64,000 nt of DNA. Origin: Octopus vulgaris (taxonomy: Eukaryota). The stretch spans positions 69,378,001 to 69,442,000 of the forward strand of contig OX597814.1 of assembly GCA_951406725.2 (NCBI GenBank), read 5' to 3'. How positions within the stretch are numbered: position 1 is the stretch's first letter; every line of letters begins with the position of its first letter. Position numbers and translations under genes: made by a program. Positions 25,505 through 39,000 of this stretch are shown piece after piece. The notes under the pieces are model-generated. The model was not told the origin of the DNA and searched no databases. It saw only the letters and a program-made list of their open reading frames with translations.

Positions 25505-25552
25505 TACGCCTCTGATGAGAACCCAATAAGGTTCGAAAATCGATTAATGTTG
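25505..25552 (+). ncRNA. Minimal type I hammerhead ribozyme motif (PLE pLTR type)
   Basis: CTGATGA 25512-25518, stem II GAACC/GGTTC with CAATAA loop, GAAA 25535-25538, palindromic AATCGATT stem III, UUA site at 25544-25546; stem I poorly paired. Decayed homolog at 2508-2545. Confidence 0.65.
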
Positions 25553-25809
25553 TTCATCTTTTATTTCAATCTACAGAGAAAAGGCTAAATTTGCCCTCTT
25601 TATAAATATATGATATATATATATATATATAAATATAAATAGACATCGTGGATCATTTAGCTTAATGGTAAAGTATTCAGCCAGTATTTGAGTTGTATGG
25701 GTTCGAATGCCATAACTATCTGCTGGCAACTTTTTAAAAATGGTGGTACCCCAGCATGGCCACAGCTTGTGAGCTGAAACTAGATGAAATAAAAAAAATA
25801 AAAAATTGT

Positions 25810-26387
25810 AATGATACCAAGAGACAGAGGGTACAAAAGAGGCATCCTGGCTCCCCTAGACCCAAGATGGCCAGGCAAAGCAGGTTCATCGGGAAGCTCA
25901 TGATGATCTTTCTTGACAGCAAGGGTATCATCTGCATTGACTGGGGTCCCTCTGGCCAACCAGTCAACAAATAGTATTTTGCATTACACATTGCATTTCA
26001 TCAGAATAGGTCAGAACACCTGTACCAGGATAATGTACCAGTCCACAATTTCATCCTGGTAACCAACTACTTGACAGAGAAGGGCTTCAAAACTGTCCCT
26101 TACCCTCCCTACAGTCCAGACGTTGCTCTCTGTGATTTTTGGTTGTTTTCCAAGCTGAAGGAGAACCTCAAGACGCAGTTGTTTTGAAGACATTGAGAAA
26201 ATGAAGGGGGCTGTTACAAAGGCCTGGACACCTTCATTTTGGAGATTTCATGAGGCTTTCATGAAGTGACTGGAGCACTATAAACACATTGAAATCAGAC
26301 GATTCTACTTTACAAGTGATGAAAGTTTTGAACTTCTTTGAAATTAATCTCCTGAAAAGTCTCAAAACTTCTGGAATGTACCTCGTA
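25810..26387 (+). mobile_element. Mariner 3' fragment with TIR
   Basis: KLMMIFLDSKGII, PYSPDVALCDFWLFSKLK (YSPDL motif); right TIR ...CTTCTGGAATGTACCTCGTA; a related TIR at about 20985-21013. Confidence 0.82.
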
Positions 26388-26549
26388 ATGTGTAAAAGAT
26401 TACATAAATAAAAAAAACTCATGAAATATATATTTATACATGGTATATAGTATTTAAAAAAATGGGGATAAAGATCAATAGAGGAACTCTGAAGAGTCCT
26501 CTTCTTATTGTCATTATTTGACTTACAGGATTGTCATTATTTGACTTAC

Positions 26550-27150
26550 CTGGGACGAGGTGGTGAAGCACGACCTTCAAACTTTAGGTCTCACCAAGGA
26601 AATGACTAGAGACCGAGACCTATGGAAGTATGCTGTGTGTGAGAAGACCCGGCAAGACCAGTGAGAACAGTCAAAATCAAACCAAACCAAATCAGATATC
26701 AGAAAGCAGAACCAAAATTGAGGCCGATCAACATCAGTGGAAATTGCAGCTGTGGTTAAGTGAACCATCCGATTGTTTGTCCGTTGCCAGCCTTGCCTGG
26801 CCCCCGTGCTGGTGGCACATAAAAGCACCATCCGCTCGTGTCCGTTGCCAGCCTCGCCTGGCCCCCGTGCCGGTAGCACGTAAAAGCACCATCCGTTCGT
26901 GTCCATTGCCAGCCTCGCCTGGCCCCTGTACCGGTGGCACGTAAAAACACCATCCGTTCGTGGCCGTTTGCCAGCTCTGTCTGGCACCTGTGCAGGTGGC
27001 ACGTAAAAAGCACCCACTACACTCATGGAGTGGTTGGCGTTAGGAAGGGCATCCAGCTGTAGAAACACTGCCAGATCTGACTGGGCCTGATGAAGCCTTC
27101 CAACCCATGCTAGCATGGAAAACAGACGCTAAATGATGATGATGATGATT
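26550..27150 (+). mobile_element. RTE LINE 3' end, same family as 8085-10920
   Basis: WDEVVKHDL...MTRDRDLWKY, 61-62 bp UTR repeats, (ATG)n tail. Confidence 0.92.
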
Positions 27151-27154
27151 ATAC

Positions 27155-29560
27155 TTAGAACAGTACCATCCACTCTTGCCATGTTTTGCTACTTTCACCC
27201 ACCGTTCAATAAATTCACTCAAGGACAGCACCTGCTTCACAATCATTGCCATCCTTTTTAATTGAAGGCTCTACCAAAGAAGAAAATATGTCTTCATATC
27301 TTTCAACCTGTTTTACCACACAACCTCTAACACTATAGCCATTGGGCAGAAGAGAATGGCCTTCCCTACTTGGTTGAAGGAAGGCAGCAGTGCAATCAAC
27401 ACAATAAACTTGGCTAATAGCTTCATCCATCCTACATCTTACAGTAGCTGTTCATCATAACTCCATGAGTCAGTCATGCCTGGATACTCATTAAGTATGT
27501 GAAAAACAGTTTTATCGCTCTGTCTGATGACCCTTCCATGCCTGTAGTGTTTATCTTGAACCAGTGAGGACTCTCTATAACACTGCAAGGTCAAAGACTT
27601 CTGGAAGTTTTCCATTAAAGTTCCAAATGGTAAGTACTTCAAAACAAATTAGCCAGTTCATTTTTAGTGATGTCCAAAATTTCTTTAAGAACACCATACT
27701 CTTGCCTTCATTAAATCTCTATCAATTGCCAGATTAGAACTTCTGACAATTCCATTGTCTGAAACCAGCTGCTTCAGTTAGCTGTCATGCAACAATAGGT
27801 ATTATGGATAGATATGTTCAAGATTGAACATGTTTGAGCTTCCCTACCAGACCTCTGTTAACAAACATTGATCACTTTACTAACATGTTCACCAATATCT
27901 TAAATGCTCATTCTGCTGTCAGTTGTGGTAGATGTCAGACAATTAGCAAACAAGTCTGAAATGATTTACACATTGCATTTCAGTAGATGTTATTGGCTTT
28001 TTTGCTGAACCTTGCAACTTCCAGTGAAAGTAACAGCAAGCTGTCAAAGTAGGCATTGAAATCTGCTACTATCTCTTGCTGCCTAGTATAAACAGCTCAA
28101 AAAGCTGCTCAGAACTAGGTATCATGTACCTATCCTGTGCCATCAAAGACTGGATTGTAGCTTTGTTACCATGTTACCACTAAGCCCATTGAACAACTTT
28201 AGTTTCCTAGCATTTTAGCATGTGGGTCCTAGCTCTGACAATGCAGCTTTGATATTTCACAATAAAGAAACAGTTGCAAACCATTCTCACCACTAGTACG
28301 TCAGCAGCAATGTGAATCCCCTTGTCTAGCTAGTCTGCTTATCTCTATCACTTGCTTTTTGCTAAATGCTGTCAATTCTGACCTAATTACCCTTCAGGGC
28401 ACCATACCACCAGTTGTTAATTACTCCTGTCAGCTATCACTCAAGTAATTCTCCAACATAGCTTCTGTAGTTTGTTCCCTAGTAAGGTGATAAGGTTGTG
28501 TTCAATTTCCAGTAACCAGGTAACTAGTCTGAAGGGAACACATTTGCTGTCATTCACATCCAGAACCACAACATTACCAGTCAGATTTAAGAAGATTATC
28601 TTACTAAGGATTTCTGGAATAATACTGCCATGTGATGCTGGCAACTCATAAGATGAAAATATCATATAGCTGTTGAAAATTTGCACAAGTACATGCAATC
28701 TAGAGATCCTGGCTTCACAGTTATGCACAAGGTCACTGAGCAGTGAGCTTGCTTCCAAGCTGATCTTAAAATCGTGACCATTTAAAACTCAACTTTGAGA
28801 AGAGCCACATTTGATGAGAATGATGACTCACTTTCATTGACTATGATGCAAGTTTTGAAAGACTTCTGTAGAGCATTTCTATTGGTATTTTTTCTAAAAA
28901 GGCTTATATCAAAAGTAAAATATTCCTTTAAGTCTCTTTATGTCTGTGAATTAGTCTGTTTTAAGAACTCAGCCTTGAAATTTTGAGGAGCACTTCAAAG
29001 CCTTCCTCATTGATGGCAATATTTTCGTTGCTCATTATCTTTTCCATGAATTTAATATTGCTTTTTTGAATAACAGTAAAGTTGATCAAGTTTTCTTCTT
29101 GTGTTCTTTGTTTTTACTGTTACTGATTGTGAGCAGTTTTGTAGGCCATTTAACTTAATGGTAGAGGACTCAGCCAGTACCAGAGGGGTATGGGTTCAAG
29201 TCTTGTGGCCATCTGATGGTGATTTTTTCTTTTTTATAAGGGTAAAATACCCAATCTTTCTGCTGTTTTCCTGGCTATATTGCATTCGAAATTTACTTTC
29301 TTGTCTGTAAAGTATCTTACATTTTTTCTCTGATTGTGTTTGTAGTTGTTGGATATTTATGTCTCAAGTTTTTCTTTATATTGCAGTTGGAATTGTGGAG
29401 ATACAGCAGTTGTTTCTTGTGCATTGCTTGGATAACATCTATCACCTCTTTGAATGAGCTGGTTTTCATTTTGGGGTGAGTTTTGTCTCCCAGCTACTTC
29501 TCTCAGTCACAGTTCTCTTTAGTTTGGAATCTAGCCTCAATTTTGTCACTTGGCAAGATC
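27155..29560 (-). mobile_element. Old, heavily deleted Tx1/L1-like LINE
   Basis: MENFQKSLTLQCYRE...DKHYRHG and VVLDVNDS...FRLV match the young Tx1 ORF2 copies; 5' limit uncertain. Confidence 0.7.
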
Positions 29561-29659
29561 ACTGACTGAGTGTAGTCTGTAGTAACTGAATGTGTGTGTG
29601 TGTGTGTGTGGGGGGTATTTTTATGTGTTCATGCTTAAATTTTTCAGATTTGAGTCTAG

Positions 29660-31065
29660 AAGGGCCCAGAGACAAACCAATCTGGAAAAGGAAGATATGG
29701 AAGATTAAGGGTGCTTCAAATGGTCAGATATTTAGAGATGTTTTAATTGAAACATTTGACAAGAAGGAGAGGGAGACATATAACATACAGGACAACGGAA
29801 AGACAAACCAAATTTGCGGTGAGGGCAAAGCTTCAGCCAAATCAAGGGAAATATGGTAGTGGAACAGTGAGGTAGAAAGGTCCATAAAAGTGGAGAAGTG
29901 TATTTGGAAAGAATAGAAAAGTGGAGGTACAAAGAGCCATATTAGGTAGCTAAAAAAGAAACTAGGTGATAAGTTTATTTAGCAAGAGCAAACGCAGAAA
30001 GGAAGAGATTTGCAGATATGTTACAGTATGAGTTGTTCTGGATTGCAAGACAATGTATAAGACAGAATCAAGATATTGTCACTTCTCACTGACAATATCT
30101 TGAAGGTTTATCTTGCTCCAATCCACTCAGCTGGCCAAATGAGTTGTAGATGTGTGGGTGCATGCACACACATGCACCCACACAACCACACATGCACAGC
30201 TAAAGACAGGAAGACAGGGAAGGCCTCTGGTCCATTAGGAGTTACTGCTGAGATACTTAAAATATCAGGTGGAATAGGGTACAGCCTAGCTACTTATATA
30301 GTTAATCGGGTTGACTGGTGTAGTAGCATTATAGTCAGCTGTTACAAGGGTAAAGGGGATGCCTTAGACAGAAATAATTACAGAGGTACCAAATTTCTGA
30401 ACCACCATGAGAATTATAGCCCAACTAATTAGGGAAAGGATTAGACTAAATGAGATGCAGTTTGGTTCTGTGCCAGGGAGAAGTACTACTAATACTATCT
30501 TCTGAGTCAGACAACTGCGGGAAAAACATTTAGCTAAGAGTAAATCATTTTATGTGATATTCATGGACCTGGAGAAAGCCTCTAGCAGAGTCCCTCACAC
30601 TGAGATATGGTGGTCTCAGAAGAAGACAGGGAAAGATGAATGGTTTGTGAAAGCCATGTAGGAGTTCACCTGTGTTAGTTCTCAGTCCCCTCCTACTTGT
30701 CCTTGTTCTCCAGGCCATAACAAAAGAATTTAAGACCAGCTGCCCCTGGGAACTATTATATGTTAATGATCTCATTGTCTTGCAAAATCTGTAACAAAAT
30801 TAGAAAAGAAATTTCATGTGTCAAGCAAAACCTGGAATCAAAAGGCCTTAAAGTTAACTTAGTCAAGACCAAAGTTCTAGTAAGCAGGAAAATAGACAAG
30901 ACTCTATATCCTTCAGGTAAATAGCTCTACTCAATGTATAGAAAAAGTGTTTGCACTAATTCTATATGGTGTATCCAGTGTAAGCTATATATACACAAGA
31001 TACAATAGAATCACAAGAAGGTTAATGGAGAAGTAGTGTTTATATATAGATGTCCAAGAGCAACG
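29660..31065 (+). mobile_element. Degenerate RTE LINE fragment with small SINE/microsatellite insert
   Basis: KTGKASGPLGVTAEILK, CYKGKGDALDRNNYRG, FMDLEKA, WELLYVNDL. Confidence 0.82.
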
Positions 31066-31519
31066 AACAGGGTTGTCTTGAGGTGTTAGCAACAAAGATG
31101 GAAGCTTGTCCCTTTTACTCTTTGCTCATTGCTTTTGGACATCTCTTCTCACATGCTGTCTTACAACATCATAAGAATCTTTCATTTCATGACATTGAAT
31201 GTTGAGTTTTTTGTAATTTTTGTTGCAGCAGCTTTGCTATAAACCTTGTCAATATTTTGACTAGTGATAAAATCTGCTACCACAGGGGAAGTAATGATGG
31301 TGGCAGTGTTAGTGGTAGTTTTTACTACGTTCAGCTGAATTAATGCTGCATTTAATTTTATCTTCTGCTTCCTATCAAGATTGGGAGAAAAAAATTGCTG
31401 AAACTAAATGAGTGAATGTTGCTGTGGAGTTGATGATGGAAGTGGTCATGGTTGTTTCATTATTATAATCTCCCTGAACTCTAAGGGCAAGTGCCCTCTC
31501 CAATGCCTGTTCTTTGACT

Positions 31520-34250
31520 CACAGGTCTATACTTAAGTGTGATGCCATACCCTCAAGGCATTTTGCCACTTTCAGCAACCTTTCAATAAATTTGCTTGAC
31601 GTCAGCACCTCCCTCTCCATCCTTACTTTTCTTTCCAACTGAGATTTGAAAATGTTGATGAGAGCCCTACTAAGAAGAATGTCTCTGCTCTCATACCATT
31701 CAGCCTCTAGACAAAACCACTAGACAAAAGGAAAATTCCTTACCAGCCAGTTAAAGGAGAGTAACAGAGCAATGACCACAATGGACTCAACTGATAGATG
31801 GATCTGTCCTGCTTGTCACAGCAGCTGTTTGACATAACTCCACAAGTTAGTAATACTGAAATACAGAACACGTTCATGTATAATGGATTCCTCATTCTGC
31901 ATGGACCTAGGAGAAGCCCATCTGACAGTACATCTATACCTGTTAATCTTGAACTGAGAGTGCCCCTTGGTAGCACTGCTACGTCAAGAATTTCTGAAAA
32001 ATTACCCATGGTAGACCCTGACTGGAAGGTTCTCAGGAACTGACTAGTCTATTTGTTTTCATTCATGCCTACAGTCTCCCAGAGAAAGTGGTCACATTTC
32101 CATGCCACCAATCCTCTAAAGATTGTTAAAGTGGAACATCTACCAATTCCATTACCTGATTGGTAGAGTGTGATGATTGCCTGATGACACTCTATATGGC
32201 AGGTGCCCAGACTGGAGCTCTGTCAAGGAGATGAGTTGCATAAAGACATGATGCATGAAAAGAGCCCATTCATTGTCTAGAAATCATTGCAGGAAATGCA
32301 ACCTAAGTGTGTGTTTTTACATCAGCAGCTACAACATATTTAAGTTTCCACACAGAGGGTGATAGCAGTAGAATGACTTCCTAACCATCAGGATTCATCC
32401 CTTCCATATGAAACTAAATAACAGATGCTTCAACAATCTGATCAAGTAGTTGCTGGAACATGGAATAACAGTCAGGTAATAAATGGAGGTGATGTTGGCA
32501 TTTATCACCCTGCCCACCTTTGAGGGACACCTTCTCTGCCCATTTCTGGATAAGATGGGCTACCCTGTTCATTACCTCATCCCAGTTCTTATCAACTTGG
32601 AGGTTTGGACTGAACCAGACTCCAAGCAGTTTAATTGGTTCATCAGTCCAGCATCCAATAACACTGTCCAACGGCATAGACCTGCCTCCCTAGGTGCCCA
32701 GCTGCAAGCCTGCCAACTTGTTGGTATTGATTTTGGTCCCTGCTACACCAACACTGCCCTCTTGGGTTTGAAAGAGATGTTTTTCAACTGTTCTAATATC
32801 TATAGTAGTAGCTAAAGAGCCAGAAGAAGAATGAGCAGGCAGCTCTGAAGGACCAAGCATGTGATGTGAAACAGTTCTAACAGGTGGTCATTTACGTTGA
32901 CTACTGAGTGGGTACAGCTGTGAATTGCAGTGATCAAACCTATGAAAACAGGTCCACATCTGTGGCCAATAGCAGGATGGCTTCCCAGTAATGATGGTCA
33001 GCTGTATCAAATGCTTCCTACTAACCCAAATAGTTCAGAGCCCTACCAAAGTCAGCTTTCATCCTAGCCCTCTCTATGATGTATCTTTTAAAGAGGAGGT
33101 TGTATTAGAAAGACCTGTTTGGGATTGCTCATATTTGCACCTCCCTGAACAATGACAAGTACCAACCATTTTGCTAACACCTTGACCAAATTCTTAAGCT
33201 TTGCTTTGATCAGAGTTTTGGGTCAAAAATTGCCTAGCACACCCCCTTAGTCAGCATCCTTTTTCAGTAGCTTTACCACTCCCCGGCTCATAGACTTGGA
33301 GAGCAGGGTGTTCAGGAAAAGTTTACTCTTTGATGGGAACTAGGAGGAAATTTCGCCACTCTCTTGGCTTGGGTGTGGATGTTGTAGTCTTCAGCTCTTC
33401 TACTTGATTTTGTGTTTGAGGTGTTGCACAAGGGGGTTTTGTCTTCTTTGTCTAAGGGCAAAAAACCTTTAAATGTGCCAGATACACATGTGTGGACTTT
33501 TGGCGTTCTCTCTTCCATTATTATGGACTGGTAGGTGCCATCTGGGAGGTCAGTCTGGTTAGGTATATCATCAATGTTCATTTTGGTTAGTTTGTATAGT
33601 CAATTCCATAACTATTTCTGACCAATTTTGTTGAATTTTCTTTACTTCCAATATTGTCACATACCTGCTAAGATGGTCACCATCAACCAGGTGATGAATA
33701 TTTATGTTGCAATGTTCATCAACCTTACTTTTGCCATGCAGAGTTCTTTATTCCTCAGAGTCATCATGGAATAAAACCTTGTATCACCTCAGCTGTGCTG
33801 AACATCTTTCTTTGAATGATGTAGGTCATGTGTTCCCACACACGACCCAGAGATTTTTGTGTCTAGGTCTCAGTAGCATTTTCCACCCAACTTGATTTTA
33901 TTCTGATGCAGTGAAATGTAACAATGCTTCTCAAAGGGTTTTCTATCATGTCAGATGGAAGATTTAGGAGTATTTGGTCACCCATTTTTTGTTTCACAAT
34001 TTACCTTGCCAGTTTTATTTCTTCTTTATTTATGCTGAAAACTTGTAGATTTCTTGTAGCACTTCCATGCTGCCTCAGTAGTGGCAACAGCAGCAATGGT
34101 GGTACAGTTTGCATTTTTTTCCAAATTTTCTTTGTTTATTTTTTGTCTTCTTTGCATTCATTATCATTATTGTTGCTCAAGTTGTTATTGTTTTTTTTGT
34201 TGTTACTGGTATTGTTGAATGTGTTGTCATTGAATTGCTAAATTGTCGAA
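31520..34250 (-). mobile_element. Old Tx1-like LINE: ORF1 remnant joined to RT-onward ORF2
   Basis: LLGVWFSPNLQVDKNW...QKWAEK, MGNFQ...QCYQGAL; ORF1-like IDDIPNQ...IIMEERTPK at 33581-33500; no endonuclease region recognisable. Confidence 0.72.
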
Positions 34251-34794
34251 TGTCTTGTCACTGTTAGCAGAAAAACGTGTATTACATTCAGCCTTGAAAC
34301 TTCTGTTGGTTTTCACAATGACACTATTTCTCATTGTCAACGCTACATCAGTATTCTCAAGATTTGGAGTCATCAATAATATTAATACACTTAGTTTTTT
34401 TGTTTTTGAATAGGAAGTGGTAAAAAGGTTGAAGGGAGAGGCAAAAAGAAAAAGAGAAATAAAAGGTATTAAGCAGAAGAGTGAGTGGCAAAGCAGAAGA
34501 AAAGAAGAAGAGGGAATGAGAGAGAAAGAGAGAGAGAAGGGGAGAGGTAAGAGAAATATAACACATTAAACACAGGAGGACAGTTAGAGGCAAGGAGACA
34601 TAAAGGTGGGAGAGGGGAGGGAGGGGGAAGAAAGAGAAATATAGAGAGATAGATTCAGTAAAGGATGGGAGTGGATAAAGAATAATAGTTGAAGACAATG
34701 GAACTGTTCTCATACAGAAAATGTTGGAAAAATTTTGTTTTCAACAATATATGATAAAGCCAATATTTGATAATTGCAAAAAAAGAAATGTTGC

Positions 34795-34827
<33 letters not shown>

Positions 34828-35764
34828 AGGTCAGTCGACGAGGAATACCTGACCCACCTGTTTGAAATGACTTTCAGGCCGGGACCTATGGACAACTTCC
34901 AGTGATCCCTGGCCTGGCGGTGCTACCGAGAAGCGCTACCCGTTCGGGATAAGCTCTATAGGCATGGCTCGAGAAACACGGGGCCGACCTGTCCGAGATG
35001 CGGGCAGAGCAACGAAACCGCTCTGCACGCAATTGTGCAGTGTCCAACAATCTCCGACCTGTGGGCTTATGTCGAACGACTGCTGTCATGTGTGGGACAT
35101 GTCGGTTTATCAACCGAGTCTATCGTTAATATCGTCATGCCTCCCTCCTTCAAACGGGAAGGAAGAGCTATTTTTATCATACTTGTGGCTATGGCGAAAG
35201 AATGTATCTGGTGGACGCGCCTGAAAGGATTAGAGACACACACTTTCCTCTCTGGTCAATCTCTCATCAACTTCTTCAAGTATCACTTGAAGAGGAAAGT
35301 GAGAGTAGAGAGGCAAGTTTTGTCTAGTGAATGTTTTAAAAAAAGATGGGTGAATGTAGCAAGGATGGCACGTATGAATGACGAAGCCACCTTGACTATG
35401 ATTCTATGAACCGTAAAAATTAATACAGAGAGTTGCTTATTTGCAAAAAAAAAAAAGAAATATAACATGTGGCTTCATTGACCGAGGTTACCGTGGTCTT
35501 TTCCGTAGGCTTTTCTTTCCACGGGTAAACCTCACCTGTCCCTCCCTTTACACTTCATATTGACATTTCTGTGATAACGATCCCTATTGATCCAATTTTG
35601 TTCCTTTCCCTTTTTTTCCTCCCCCCCTTTCTTTTGTCCTCTTTCTTTCCATTTACGATCCCTTTTGATCAAAAACCAAACCCCCTATTTTTACCCCAAA
35701 AAGAAAAGCTCTACCTTGTAATTTTGTCCTGTCTATGTGCAGCCCTGTGTGGCTAATAAAGAAA
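34828..35764 (+). mobile_element. Tx1/L1-like LINE 3' fragment between (TCTA)n tracts
   Basis: MDNFQ...REALPVRDKLYRHG...CPRCG...ETALH..VQC; AATAAA at 35755; 3' UTR duplicated at about 35790-35966. Confidence 0.9.
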
Positions 35765-35969
35765 CATATCTATCTATCTATCTATCTTTTTTATTATTTT
35801 TTTTGTTCTTCTTTTTCCCTTTTACGATCCCTTTTGATCGAAAACCTACCCCACCTTTCTTTTTTTTTATTTCTTTTGTTTCTTGTTTTTTTCATCCCCC
35901 AAAAGAAAAGCTCTACCTTGTAACTTGTCCCATCTGTGTGCAGCCCTGTGTGGCCAATAAAGAAACTTA

Positions 35970-36027
<58 letters not shown>

Positions 36028-36032
36028 CATCT

Positions 36033-39000
36033 ACGGACGTGCTGTCACTTCGGCTCCGAAGGTAATCGTTTATTTTGACTATTTATAGCCCATATTTTGT
36101 GTACATTTTTGTAAATAGGGTGTGTAAGGCACCCAACTTTCGTTTGAGTGCTTTTCCAAGGGAGGAATTCACCCCTAGGGGCAGTTTCAACCCTATTTAA
36201 TTTGTGTAATTTTCCACCCCTTCCGACTTGCACAATCAAACCAAATACACCGATTTTACCAACTGCAGCCAACAACAACATCACCACCAGCAACAACAAT
36301 AACAAAACAACGACAAATTTCGCCAAGGCGATAAAATAAAAAAAGACAACAGTATATTTTACTGCACAGCAGATAAAAGATACGAAAATTTTAATAACGG
36401 AAGTAGATGGTATAGTAAAAATAAACATACCACAAGAAATATTAGAAAATGAAAAAAAAAGAGCTATTATATATAAAATAATTAATAAGAAAACAAAAAG
36501 TCCAGAGAAGGCTAACACAAGCAAAATCGAAAAATGCTTGAAATCCATCTGGAACTACAAAGAGTATGTGACCTGGTGGAACAAGTTCGCACACATACAA
36601 GTGGTCTTCCACACTGAAGAGTTAGCAAAACGTTTCTCAACGCTAACTCTTCATTCAGATGAACTGACATTAATACCAAGCTATCGTGGACAGAAAGTGA
36701 CTAAGATCACTTTAAACAATGTCCCAAAAATAGCGAACAATCTATGGCTAGTAAAGGCCTTATGTGTGAAAATGGAAGATTTCACAATTTTAGAAACTAC
36801 GGTCACGGAACACAAAAACTGGGTGGGAAAAAGAGTAGAATTTCTACTACACATAAACCAAGATGATATAAAGAAAATACCCACCCAGATATGTGTATCA
36901 GAAGACCACAAGTTGTATGTGGTCGTCGATGGCAGAAGACCACGTTGCTACATATGCGGCAGTGAGCAACACCTAAAAAGATTGCAAATATGCCGCAAGA
37001 AAACAACAGCAACAACAACCGCAGCCGGAAAAAACAAAAAAGCCAGCTTTACTACCCACACCACAATTTGTACAAACAGGACTAATCACAGAAAATCAAC
37101 AAAAAACAAACCTCACCAACCAAACAACACCACCAACTGCACCAAGAACAGAAACAACACCAACAACAACAACCAAGAATAAACCAACGCCCAAACCAAG
37201 GACATCTGCCAAAAAGACACTCATCAAAAATGAAGAAACAATTACTACTCCAAATCCCCACAAAATTGACACCCCAAACAACACAACAATACCTACAATC
37301 ACTCAAACACAAAATACCCACACCCCACCTCCAAAACCGCATACACCACAACCTAAAGCTCACCAACCAACACCAACAATAAAATCAACACAGTCTACAA
37401 TAGACCCCAATATTTTCCCCCTCCCAATCTCTGATTCCTCTGATTTGTCATTAGACGAAGAAGACAGAAGATTGGCAAATAGCCACAGGGGGAGAAGAAA
37501 AAGGGGAAAAAAAGAAAAGAAAAGATAACAAACAAAGCAGGAAGATTCACCACTCCCGAAACAAAAATATCCACAGAAAACAAACACATCAACACAAACA
37601 CACCATCATCAAACCCCCCAACAATGTTGACAGCCATAAACACAAACAACCACGACCTAATGGAACACATTAGGTCAAACACCAACATAACTGAAAACGA
37701 CATAAAAACAAATAACCACCCACGTACAACACCACCACAACACATTAAAATAATACATGTAACACAGAACACATACAGCACCCTGAAATCTCTTTACCCT
37801 GATGCAGTAGGGAGATTTCAAAAATATTCATCAAAGAAACTATATAAAAACCTCATGGAAGAAGACTGTGAGGTGAAAAACAAAGGACTTTCGGACAACA
37901 AGTAACCTTTTATCTCTCTCTTTCCTTTTTTGCACTTTCTTTTCGTGTGTAAAACACAATTTTTATCGGAACATGCTCAGAATAGGCAGTATAAATGTAC
38001 ATGGCTTGGGGTCGCCTTGGAAACAAGGCTACCTGTTAAATGACATCAAGTCACTAAATCTGAATATCATAGCCATCAGTGAGACCAGACTCCACAGCTC
38101 GCGGGCACTCCAGCACAGTTTCAGTACACATTTCAACATTTATTTTTCTCCGTGTCTACCGAGAATGGGCGGAGGTGGCACCGCGGTGCTTCTCCGGAAG
38201 AGTCTGGATCTTTTGAGCAATTTTCCTAGACCCGGAGGGTAGGCTGGTCGTTTTGGATGTCGATGGCAGCAATGAGTGTGCTTTTCGACTGATAACAGTT
38301 TATGCTCCGTCCTTAACAGGCCGACCAGATTTCTTTTGACGTCTAGAGTCTTTCATGGGAATGTCTCGTCCTTTACTTTTAGTGGGGGATTGGAATGCCA
38401 CCCTGGACACGTATCTAGACTACGTGGGCAGAGATAGCAATAGAAGGGGATGCAAATGCCTCAAAGACCTGCTCAGACGTTTCCAACTGTCTGACAGGTA
38501 CTGACTGGACCACCCGAATGTGCCAATGTGGACATGGAGTAACCTCATTGGGTCGTCCAGATCATACTTAGATAGAGTATTCTGTAGGACAATAGATAAA
38601 AATAGTGTAGGTTGTCCACAATTTCATATAGTCAGTTACACAGATCACAAGATTGTGACTTGTACACTTGACTTAGATAAGACACATAAGCAGGGTCCTG
38701 GTTACTGGAAACTGAACGCGTCTTTTACAGCACGACAGGTTTACAGGGACCGGATCAGCACATTAGTTAAGAAAGCTTTGACGAGTACCATCATCAACAA
38801 CAGATGGTGGTATGCCCTAAAAAAAGCAATTAAAGCAGAATCAGTCAGATACAGTAAAGCCCTAGCATTAGACTGAAATAGAATAGAGGGAGAATTAGTT
38901 AAGGTTTTAGAAGAGGCACTTAGAACTGGCATCGCATCCAACGTGCTGGCGGCGAGATTGGTCCTCGACCAACACCTCAACGCCACACATGAGGGATGCG

